From: Gemmatimonadota bacterium
GTDB taxonomy: Bacteria > Gemmatimonadota > Gemmatimonadetes > Palauibacterales > Palauibacteraceae
DNA length: 64,000 nucleotides
Reading direction: 5' to 3'
Assembly (NCBI GenBank): GCA_039588275.1
Contig: JBDHAC010000003.1
Location: 17,707-81,706 of the forward strand
Every line of letters starts with the position of its first letter. The first letter of the stretch is position 1. Positions 31,867 to 41,429 of this stretch are shown piece after piece. The notes under the pieces were generated by a model. It worked only from the letters and a program-made list of their open reading frames with translations, did not search any database and had not been told where the DNA came from. Position numbers and translations under genes: made by a program.

Positions 31867-32482
31867 GTTCGAAGCGCTTCTCGCGCTCCTGCTTGGAATC
31901 CCCACGTGGCTCGCGTACGTGCTACTCGGTGCGGGGGCGGCGGTCGAGAACGTGTTTCCCCCCGTGCCCTCCGACACGGTCGTGGTACTCGGTGGCATCT
32001 TGTCGGATCGTGGGGGGCTGCACGTGTGGACGGTCCTTGCGGTCGCGTGGGTCTCGAACGTGAGCGCGGCGCTGCTCATTTACGCGCTCGCGCGACGTCA
32101 CGGTCGGGGTATCTTCCGGACACGCTGGGGACGGCGGCTCCTCCGCCCCCATCAGTTGAACCAGCTGTCGGACTTTTATGAGCGGTACGGACTCGTGGCG
32201 ATCTTCGGAAGTCGCTTTCTACCCGTGCTGCGGGTCCTGATTCCGGCGTTTGCCGGCATCACGAAGCTGGGCTTCGTGCGCACGGCGATTCCGCTTGCTA
32301 CCGCGTCACTCGGCTGGTATACCGTGATGGTCTTCGCCGGCGTGTTCGCGTCACGGAATATCGAGCGGCTGTTCGAGACGCTCGGGGCCGCCAACAACTG
32401 GCTCCTGGGTGTCGCGTTGGCCCTGATCGTGGGCATCACGTTCTGGTGGATTCGGAGCCGACGTGATCGAGAAGACACCTAG
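31859..32482 (+). CDS. DedA/SNARE-associated family membrane protein (UptA-like)
   Basis: ENVFPPVPSDTVVVLGG, with the pattern of re-entrant and TM helices. Confidence 0.7.
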   Translation: MAEFEALLALLLGIPTWLAYVLLGAGAAVENVFPPVPSDTVVVLGGILSDRGGLHVWTVLAVAWVSNVSAALLIYALARRHGRGIFRTRWGRRLLRPHQLNQLSDFYERYGLVAIFGSRFLPVLRVLIPAFAGITKLGFVRTAIPLATASLGWYTVMVFAGVFASRNIERLFETLGAANNWLLGVALALIVGITFWWIRSRRDREDT

Positions 32483-32500
32483 CAGGTTCCCGAGCCGCCG

Positions 32501-33421
32501 ATGGAGGTAGAGACCGGCCAGCTCGCAGCCGAGCGCGCCTTCCGTCTGGAGCTCTTCCGCGACTACCTGAGCTTCGAGCGTGGGCTCTCCCCACGCACGC
32601 TGGATGCATACGAAGCCGATGCCCGCCGACTGATCGCCTATGCCGAAGGCCGCGGCGTTACGCAACCCTCGGCGGTGACCTACGATCTGCTGCGCGACTT
32701 CGTCGCCGCACTCACCGAGTCGGGGTTGGCGGCCGCCTCGGTGGCTCGAAAGTTGTCGGCGGTGCGGGCTCTGTTCCGGTTTCTCGTCGAGGAAGGAGTC
32801 CTCTCGACCGACCCCTGCGAGCGCCTCGAGTCTCCACGGCCGTCCCGGCGGCTCCCCCAGGTGCTCTCGTACCCGGAGATCGAGCGATTGTTGTCCGCCG
32901 TGACGCCGGATCTGGAGTTGGCGTACCGCGACAGGGCAATCATCGAAGTGTTGTACGGGTGTGGGCTTAGGGTATCGGAGCTCATCGATCTTCGATTGCT
33001 CGGTCTGCATCTGGATGCGGGTCTGGTTCAGGTCCTGGGGAAGGGCCGAAAGGAGCGTCTGGTACCGGTGGGAGCGGATGCGCGGGGCGCGTTGCGGCGC
33101 TACCTTCGTGAATCGAGACCCCGCTTGGACAGGGGAGCGTCGGACGGCAGGGTATTCCTCAATCGCCACGGGCGCCCGTTGAGCCGAATGGGCGTGTGGA
33201 AGATTCTGCGTCGCTACGTGGAGAGGGCCGGGCTACAGGTGCGGGTGACGCCCCACACCCTGCGGCACAGCTTCGCCACGCACCTTCTCGAGGGCGGTGC
33301 GGACCTCGCGTCCGTGCAAGAGATGCTGGGCCATGTCGACATTTCCACGACCGAGATATACACGCACGTCGACCGGAGCCACCTGCGAGAGGTCCATCGA
33401 GCCTGCCACCCGCGGGGGTGA
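32501..33421 (+). CDS. tyrosine site-specific recombinase XerC/XerD
   Basis: RHSFATHLLEGGADLASVQEMLGHVDISTTEIYTHV with catalytic Tyr. Confidence 0.8.
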   Translation: MEVETGQLAAERAFRLELFRDYLSFERGLSPRTLDAYEADARRLIAYAEGRGVTQPSAVTYDLLRDFVAALTESGLAAASVARKLSAVRALFRFLVEEGVLSTDPCERLESPRPSRRLPQVLSYPEIERLLSAVTPDLELAYRDRAIIEVLYGCGLRVSELIDLRLLGLHLDAGLVQVLGKGRKERLVPVGADARGALRRYLRESRPRLDRGASDGRVFLNRHGRPLSRMGVWKILRRYVERAGLQVRVTPHTLRHSFATHLLEGGADLASVQEMLGHVDISTTEIYTHVDRSHLREVHRACHPRG

Positions 33422-33460
33422 CTTGAACCGCTGTGGCGACTCGGGACCATCGGGGTCCTC

Positions 33461-34012
33461 GTGATCCGCGTCTCGCGCGTCGTCAGCCTGGTACGCAACC
33501 GGCGCCCCGTACACCGATTCGCCGATCGGCCGGTTCCCGCCGATGTGCTGGAGACGGTACTCGAGTCCGGGCGTTACGCTCCCTCCGCGGGTGAGGCGCA
33601 GCCGTGGCGATTCGTCGTCGTTCAGGAGGCGCTGACGCGCCTTCGAATCGCGACCGCGGCCTTCAACCATCCCCACTTGCAGACGGCTCCCGTCCTCATC
33701 GCCTGCTGCGCGCGCATTCACTCCCACGTCAGCGGGTCCGGCCGCCCAAGTCACCCGATCGATCTGGCGGCCGCGACCCAGACCATGTTGATCGTGGCCG
33801 CAGACCTCGGCCTGCACACGAGTTGGATCACAGGCTATCGCGAGCCTCACGTCCGGGCGGCCCTCGGGATCCCCGCCGATGTGCCCGTCGTGGCCATCCT
33901 GGCGCTCGGATACCCGGACGGTCTGAGCCCGTTGCCTGAGCGGCGTTCCCGTCCGGAGGTGATCGCCTGGGATCGCTGGCAATCGGATGACGCGGGGGGA
34001 TCGCCGCTGTGA
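33461..34012 (+). CDS. nitroreductase family protein
   Basis: HRFADRPVP...RYAPSAGEAQPWRFVVV motif. Confidence 0.6.
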   Translation: MIRVSRVVSLVRNRRPVHRFADRPVPADVLETVLESGRYAPSAGEAQPWRFVVVQEALTRLRIATAAFNHPHLQTAPVLIACCARIHSHVSGSGRPSHPIDLAAATQTMLIVAADLGLHTSWITGYREPHVRAALGIPADVPVVAILALGYPDGLSPLPERRSRPEVIAWDRWQSDDAGGSPL

Positions 34013-35541
34013 GGCGGTTCGGCAGGCTCGCGCGGCCGGCGGCCCTCCTTTGTCTGTTTGTCGGACCGCTGGCGGCGCAGGAAGTGCGGCTCTCCGATGA
34101 ACCACGCGGGGCCGCCCAGGAGGCGCTCGCCGCGTTCCTCGCCCGTGGCGGATACGAAGTGTGGACGAGTGACACCATCCTGGCGCGTGGGGACACCGTC
34201 GAAGGGCACGTGCTCCTCCTGGAAGGTGCGGGCCGGATCGCGGGCCGCGTGGAGGGGGACGTCTATGTCGTGGATGGCGACCTGATCCTACGCGTCGGGG
34301 GCAGCATCGGAGGGGATGTCGTCGTCTTGGCCGGACTCCTGCTGGACTCTGATCTGGCAACAGTGGAAGGAGCGATCACTTACCGGCCAAACGAGCGCTT
34401 GCGGGTCATCCCGGAAGCCGGCGGTTACACGATCTTTGCGGTCCAGCGGCCGCTCCCCGCGGTCGAGCTCGACGGCCAGTACGGGTTTCATCTTCCCACG
34501 TACCAGCGCGTCGATGCGCTTACCTTCGCGTGGGGTGCAACGGTGCGCGCCGCTCATGCGGCAGGCCAGCCGGAGCTCGGCGGGGTGGTTCGGTACAAGA
34601 CCGGACCCGATGACGTGGAAGGCTCCGTGCGTGCCGCATGGAACGCGAGCGAACGAGTCCGCCTGTTCGCTGCGGCGAGCCGCGCCACTCGCTCGAACGA
34701 CGAGTGGATCCGGCCGACGTGGGTGAACACGCTGATGTTCGCGTTCGCGGGTGATGATTACCGCGACTACTACCGGGCCGATCGGGCAGGCGCCGGGGTC
34801 GAGTGGGGGATTCGTCGCGCGCCTGATTGGCGTGGCGGGACCGATGTGACGCTGACGGTCGGGGCCGCGTGGGAGGAAGCCCGCAGCGTCGAGGCTCGCG
34901 ACGTCACGATACTGTTCGCGGCCGACGACGCGCGCTTCAATCCAGCGATCGATCCCGGTGACATCTACAGCGCCTGGGTTGGGTTGGCGGTCGAGGACCG
35001 CCGCGAGGATTCTCGAACGCGGCTGGGTCTCACGCTCGAAGGTTCGACCGAGGACATCGGCGGCGACTTCTCTTTTCTGCGAGCGGAGGCGCGCCTCGCG
35101 CTCAAGCGGCCGATCCTCTCGACCCATTCGTTGGATGTGTTCGCCATCGGTCGCGGCGATCTCGCGGGGACCTTGCCGGGCCAGCGGTGGTCCGGACTGG
35201 GCCGGATCGGAACGCTGCCTACTTTTCCGGTTCTCTCCCTGCGCGGTGAGCGGCTGCTGTACGGCGAGGCCACCTACGCGCTACCGCTCTACTCGGCAGG
35301 TACGCTTGGGGCGCTGGAGGCCTTCCTCCGGGGGAGCGCCGGCACCGCATGGAGTGAGGGCGAGAGTTTCCGCCTGAGGGAGAACGCGACGCTGGGGCTC
35401 CGTGCACGCGTTTGGGGCGTGGGGTTGGAGGTGGGCGTCGCGTCCGGGTTCGGCGGAGATAACGACGAATCGGATGTCCAGGTATACGTGGACCTGCGGC
35501 TCGACCGCCCGACCGGGGGACGTGGTCTGCCACTCTTTTGA
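34009..35541 (+). CDS. secreted protein with an N-terminal bactofilin-like beta-helix and a probable C-terminal outer-membrane beta-barrel
   Basis: Signal peptide. G-x-V repeats (GDVYVVDGDLILRVGGSIGGDVVVLAG). C-terminal alternating aromatics ending in ...LPLF. Confidence 0.45.
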   Translation: MRRFGRLARPAALLCLFVGPLAAQEVRLSDEPRGAAQEALAAFLARGGYEVWTSDTILARGDTVEGHVLLLEGAGRIAGRVEGDVYVVDGDLILRVGGSIGGDVVVLAGLLLDSDLATVEGAITYRPNERLRVIPEAGGYTIFAVQRPLPAVELDGQYGFHLPTYQRVDALTFAWGATVRAAHAAGQPELGGVVRYKTGPDDVEGSVRAAWNASERVRLFAAASRATRSNDEWIRPTWVNTLMFAFAGDDYRDYYRADRAGAGVEWGIRRAPDWRGGTDVTLTVGAAWEEARSVEARDVTILFAADDARFNPAIDPGDIYSAWVGLAVEDRREDSRTRLGLTLEGSTEDIGGDFSFLRAEARLALKRPILSTHSLDVFAIGRGDLAGTLPGQRWSGLGRIGTLPTFPVLSLRGERLLYGEATYALPLYSAGTLGALEAFLRGSAGTAWSEGESFRLRENATLGLRARVWGVGLEVGVASGFGGDNDESDVQVYVDLRLDRPTGGRGLPLF

Positions 35542-35607
35542 CTTCGTTCGTTGGGCCGCCTAGCTTGCCCCGATGCGGATTCAATCCACGACCGCTCCGG
35601 ATCGGTG

Positions 35608-36375
35608 ATGGGCGTCCTGTGCGTCCTTCCTGCCCGTCTCGCCAGCCGCCGTATCCCCCGAAAGCCCCTTCAGCCCCTCGCCGGAAAGCCCCTCATCGAG
35701 TGGACTTGGCGCGCGGCGTCTGGTGTCGCGGAGTTCGACCGGGTGGTCGTCGCGACCGACTCGAACGACATCGTGTCGTGCGTCTCCGCCTTCGGGGGGG
35801 AGGCGATCCTCACCGATCGAAGCCACCCATCCGGAACGGATCGCGTGTGCGAGGCCGCGCGCTCGCTCGGAGTCGGGGATGCCGACATCGTCGTGAACTT
35901 CCAGGCGGACGAGCCGTTCGTGGACGCACCGACGGTCGGACGCGCGGTGGCGGCAGTGCGAGCCGGTGCGGCCGAGATCGCGACCCTCGCGGCGCCGATC
36001 CGCAGCCTGGAGGAATGGCATTCCGCTGGCGTCGTCAAGGTGGTGGTGGGAAGCGACGGGCGCGCGTTTTATTTCAGCCGTGCGCCGATCCCGCACACTC
36101 GGGGAGGATCGCCGGAGCTCGCCTCGAGAGAACCGAGCCTCCTGCGACACATAGGCATCTACGTGCACCAGCTGAAGACGCTGAACAGGTGGGCCAACGC
36201 GCCCGAGTCGAGACTCGAACGACTCGAGCGGTTGGAGCAGCTCCGCGCGCTCGAGGCGGGAATCGGGATCCACGTGCAGGTCGGGCCGCCGACACCACCC
36301 GGTGTGGACCTGCCCGAAGACCTGGAACGCGCGGCGAAACATCTCGAGCGCGGTGTATCGATTACGGTAGATTGA
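35608..36375 (+). CDS. kdsB: 3-deoxy-manno-octulosonate cytidylyltransferase (CMP-Kdo synthetase)
   Basis: LPARLASRRIPRKPL, with the Kdo-cluster context. ATG at 35608 lies inside the longer ORF. Confidence 0.8.
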   Translation: MGVLCVLPARLASRRIPRKPLQPLAGKPLIEWTWRAASGVAEFDRVVVATDSNDIVSCVSAFGGEAILTDRSHPSGTDRVCEAARSLGVGDADIVVNFQADEPFVDAPTVGRAVAAVRAGAAEIATLAAPIRSLEEWHSAGVVKVVVGSDGRAFYFSRAPIPHTRGGSPELASREPSLLRHIGIYVHQLKTLNRWANAPESRLERLERLEQLRALEAGIGIHVQVGPPTPPGVDLPEDLERAAKHLERGVSITVD

Positions 36376-38088
<1,713 letters not shown>

Positions 38089-38123
38089 ACGGAGCGAGGG
38101 GTCCCACGGCCCGGCGTTGAGCC

Positions 38124-38960
38124 ATGTCTGATGCAACGGGATCGCCGTTTCGGCCAGCGGCCGGATTGTTCCTCATCGCAGGCCCGTGTGTCCTGGAATC
38201 GGAGGAGCTCAACCTTCGGATCGCGGCACATCTCGCCGAGCTATCGGAGCGGCACGGAGTGCCGGTCATCTTCAAGGCCTCGTTCGACAAAGCCAACCGC
38301 ACGAGCCGAAGCTCTCACCGCGGCCCCGGACTGGAGCTCGGCCTGGAGCTTCTGGCCAGCGTACGAGCGGAGACAGGTCTTCCTCTTCTGACAGACGTGC
38401 ACCTGCCCGATCAAGTGCCTGTCGCAGCGCGGGTCGTGGACGTGCTCCAGGTCCCGGCCTTCCTTTCGCGTCAGACCGATCTTCTCGAGGCCGTGGGCGG
38501 TAGCGGGTTGCCGGTCAACATCAAGAAAGGGCAGTGGATGGCGCCCGAGCAAATGGCGCACGCCGTGGACAAAGTGCGCGCGGCCGGCGCCGCTGATGTC
38601 GCCGTGACCGAACGGGGAACCGCGTTCGGGTACGGTCGGTGGATCGTAGACATGCGCAGCTTCGAGCTCATGCGCGGCGCGGCTTCGTGTCCGACCATCT
38701 TCGATGGGACGCACTCCGTGCAGCTCCCGGGTGGGGCCGGGCCGGCGAGTGGCGGCGAGCCGCAGTTCATCGAGCCCCTGTGCCAGGCGGCGGTGGCGGC
38801 CGGTGCGGATGGGTTGTTCCTGGAGGTGCACCCGGAGCCCGAGACGGCCCCCTCCGACCCGTCCAGCATGTTGCCGCTGATCCGGTTGGAACCGCTCGTA
38901 AAGCGGCTCGTGCGACTGCGTCTCGCGTTGAAACACGAACCGTCCCCCATCGGCCGCTGA
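38124..38960 (+). CDS. kdsA: 2-dehydro-3-deoxyphosphooctonate aldolase (Kdo8P synthase)
   Basis: LIAGPCVLES and FKASFDKANRTS motifs. Confidence 0.85.
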   Translation: MSDATGSPFRPAAGLFLIAGPCVLESEELNLRIAAHLAELSERHGVPVIFKASFDKANRTSRSSHRGPGLELGLELLASVRAETGLPLLTDVHLPDQVPVAARVVDVLQVPAFLSRQTDLLEAVGGSGLPVNIKKGQWMAPEQMAHAVDKVRAAGAADVAVTERGTAFGYGRWIVDMRSFELMRGAASCPTIFDGTHSVQLPGGAGPASGGEPQFIEPLCQAAVAAGADGLFLEVHPEPETAPSDPSSMLPLIRLEPLVKRLVRLRLALKHEPSPIGR

Positions 38961-38964
38961 GCCG

Positions 38965-39525
38965 ATGACGATCCCGGCGGAGGTCGCACGAGCGATCCGA
39001 CTCGTCGTGTTGGACGCGGATGGCGTGCTCACGGACGGGGGGATTTATGTGGACGGGGGCGCCGGCGCGCGCGAGCTGCGGCGCTTCCACGCCCTGGACG
39101 GCCTGGGAATCCGCATGCTCGCGGAAGCGGGGCTCACGGTCGCGATCGTCTCCGGCAAGCGTTCGGAGGCCGTGACGCGGCGGGCGACCGAGCTTGGCAT
39201 CGTCGAGGTGCATCAGGGGGCGCCGTTCGGAAAGGTCGCGGCCGTCGAGGGTATCCTGTCGAGGCACGGATGGTCCTGGTCGGCCGTGGCGCACCTCGGA
39301 GATGATCTGGCGGACGCCGCGCTCATGGAGCGAGTGCGGCTCCCCGCAGCCGTCTCCAACGCCGTGCCGGAAGTGAAAGCACGCGCCTCGTGGTGTGGGA
39401 CTGTGCCCGGAGGGAGCGGGGCCGTGCGCGAATTCGTGGAGGCGCTGTTGCGCGCACGCGGAGAGTGGGAGGAGCTCGTGGAGGCGTATGTCGAGCGGAG
39501 TCGTGGAACAGCTGCGGGAGACTGA
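38965..39525 (+). CDS. kdsC: Kdo 8-phosphate phosphatase
   Basis: HAD motif VLDADGVLTDG. Confidence 0.8.
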   Translation: MTIPAEVARAIRLVVLDADGVLTDGGIYVDGGAGARELRRFHALDGLGIRMLAEAGLTVAIVSGKRSEAVTRRATELGIVEVHQGAPFGKVAAVEGILSRHGWSWSAVAHLGDDLADAALMERVRLPAAVSNAVPEVKARASWCGTVPGGSGAVREFVEALLRARGEWEELVEAYVERSRGTAAGD

Positions 39526-40501
39526 GACGGTTCGGCACGACGCCGAGCTTCTGGCGCTCGCCCGCAACGTCGTGCGGATCGAGTCCGAAGGCGTCGCCTC
39601 GCTGATCGAGCGGCTGGATGAGCGGTTTATCGAGGCGGTGCGGCTGATTCTCGGGGCGACCGGGCGCGTCGTGGTGACCGGGGTGGGCAAGTCTGGCCTC
39701 GTGGCGCGCAAGATCGCCTCGACGCTCGCTTCTACAGGTACTCCCGCGCTCTTTCTGCACCCGGTCGAGGGCGCGCACGGCGACGTGGGTGTGCTGCTGC
39801 GCGGTGACGTCCTGGTCATCGTTTCGCGAAGCGGGACCTCCGAGGAGCTCATCGCCCTGTTGCCTTCGGTACGTCGACTCGAGATCCCCATCGTAGCGAT
39901 CACGGGCGTCTCGCAATCGCCCCTGGGTCGCGCGGCGAAGGCGGTCCTCGACGTCGGAGTGTCTGAAGAGGCATGCCCGCATGATCTGACTCCCACCTCG
40001 AGCAGTACAGCCGCGCTCGTGATGGGCGATGCCGTCGCGATGGCCCTGTTGCACAGCCGTGGGTTCGAGGCCGAGGACTTCGCCCGGCTGCACCCGGGCG
40101 GGGTACTCGGGCGGCGACTTCTTTGGCGCGTGGAGGACGTGATGCTGTCGGGGGACGAGGTCCCGGTGGTTGGACCCGACGTCCCGCTCGCGGAGGCGAT
40201 GCACGAGATCGCACACCGTCGCGGAACCGTGCCTGTCGTGGACGCCGACCGTAGGGTGGTCGGCGTGATGACCGCCGGTGATCTGACGCGCTTCGCGGAG
40301 GAGCACGCGGACTTCCTGACCCGCCCCGCCGCAGAGGCGATGAACGCGGACCCCAAGGTGGTGGGGCCGACAGCGCTGGCTATGGAAGCACTGGGTCGAA
40401 TGGAGGAGCATGGCGTGATGGCGATGCCGGTCGTCGACGCGACGCACAGGCTCGTGGGCATCGTACACCTGCACGACGTGCTACGCGCGGGGGTGCGTTG
40501 A
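39488..40501 (+). CDS. kdsD: arabinose-5-phosphate isomerase (SIS domain plus CBS pair)
   Basis: SIS motif VVTGVGKSG, with C-terminal CBS pair. ATG at 39488 overlaps kdsC by 38 nt. Confidence 0.8.
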   Translation: MSSGVVEQLRETETVRHDAELLALARNVVRIESEGVASLIERLDERFIEAVRLILGATGRVVVTGVGKSGLVARKIASTLASTGTPALFLHPVEGAHGDVGVLLRGDVLVIVSRSGTSEELIALLPSVRRLEIPIVAITGVSQSPLGRAAKAVLDVGVSEEACPHDLTPTSSSTAALVMGDAVAMALLHSRGFEAEDFARLHPGGVLGRRLLWRVEDVMLSGDEVPVVGPDVPLAEAMHEIAHRRGTVPVVDADRRVVGVMTAGDLTRFAEEHADFLTRPAAEAMNADPKVVGPTALAMEALGRMEEHGVMAMPVVDATHRLVGIVHLHDVLRAGVR

Positions 40502-41421
40502 GTATCCTCGGGCGCGTCACGGCGACCCGGATTCGGGAACGCGTCGCGACCGGTCTGGTACTGGGCGGCCTGACCGGGAGCGCCGGGTGCGCCCCGGATG
40601 AAGCGACGCCCACCGCCGGGCCCGAGGTCCTGCGCGAGGGCGTCGACATGGTGATCGTGGACATGGATCACTACCTGTCGCGGCTCGGTATCCGACGTGC
40701 GCGCCTGCTGGCCGACACGGCCGAGTACGTCAGTGAGAACGAGATCCACCTCAAGCCCGTCGAACTCGTCTTCTTCGACGACGAGGGCCGCGAGATCTCG
40801 GTCTTGATCGCGGACTACGGCGTGTTCGACGAGGTATCCGAGGACATGGAAGCGAACGGCAATGTCGTGGTTCTGGATCGGCGGGACGACCGGAAGCTCG
40901 AGACCGAGCAGATTCGCTACACCAAGGAGGAAGATCGCCTGTACGGCGACAGCCCCTTCGTGATGGAGAGCAACGGAGGGCGTACCATCCACCAGGGAGA
41001 CTCGTTCGAGGCGGATCCGGGGCTCGACGACGTCATCATGTGGGGCCCGGGCGGGCGTTCGGAGCCTCGCATCGACACGCTGACGGTGGAACCGTTGGAT
41101 TCGGGCGCGGACGCGACGCCGGATTCGCTGCTCGAAGTGGACCCGGATTCTCCGGCTGCGGAGGCGCCGGACTCTCTGGCTGCGGAGGCGCCGGACTCTC
41201 TGGCAGCAGAGACGCCGGATTCTCTGGCTGCCCGAGATTCTACGTCCGCGGACTCGACCGCGACCGCTCGGGACACGGCAGCCCGCGACACCACCTCTCG
41301 GGACACGACCACCGTCGCACCGGACTCCACGGCGAGGGACATGGCGGGCCGCGACACCACCGCCCACCGCTCGACGACCTCGGTAAGACGCCGGGAGCAA
41401 GCCGGCCGCGACGCCGGCTGA
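40498..41421 (+). CDS. lptC: LPS export protein LptC homologue with repetitive C-terminal tail
   Basis: N-terminal anchor. OstA/LptC-like fold region (HLKPVELVFFDDEGREISV...). Positioned between kdsD and lptA. Confidence 0.6.
   Translation: MSILGRVTATRIRERVATGLVLGGLTGSAGCAPDEATPTAGPEVLREGVDMVIVDMDHYLSRLGIRRARLLADTAEYVSENEIHLKPVELVFFDDEGREISVLIADYGVFDEVSEDMEANGNVVVLDRRDDRKLETEQIRYTKEEDRLYGDSPFVMESNGGRTIHQGDSFEADPGLDDVIMWGPGGRSEPRIDTLTVEPLDSGADATPDSLLEVDPDSPAAEAPDSLAAEAPDSLAAETPDSLAARDSTSADSTATARDTAARDTTSRDTTTVAPDSTARDMAGRDTTAHRSTTSVRRREQAGRDAG
41143..41238 (+). repeat. four 24-nt tandem repeats (ccggaYtctctggctgcggaggcg) encoding PDSLAAEA units in the lptC tail
   Basis: Direct reading of units at 41143, 41167, 41191 and 41215. 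Confidence 0.8.
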
Positions 41422-41429
41422 GATGCGCG

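Noticed and set aside
32501-33421. Tyrosine recombinase as a marker of an integrated mobile element
   Set aside because: It has the XerC/XerD housekeeping signature. No transposase, phage genes, flanking direct repeats or tRNA target is nearby.
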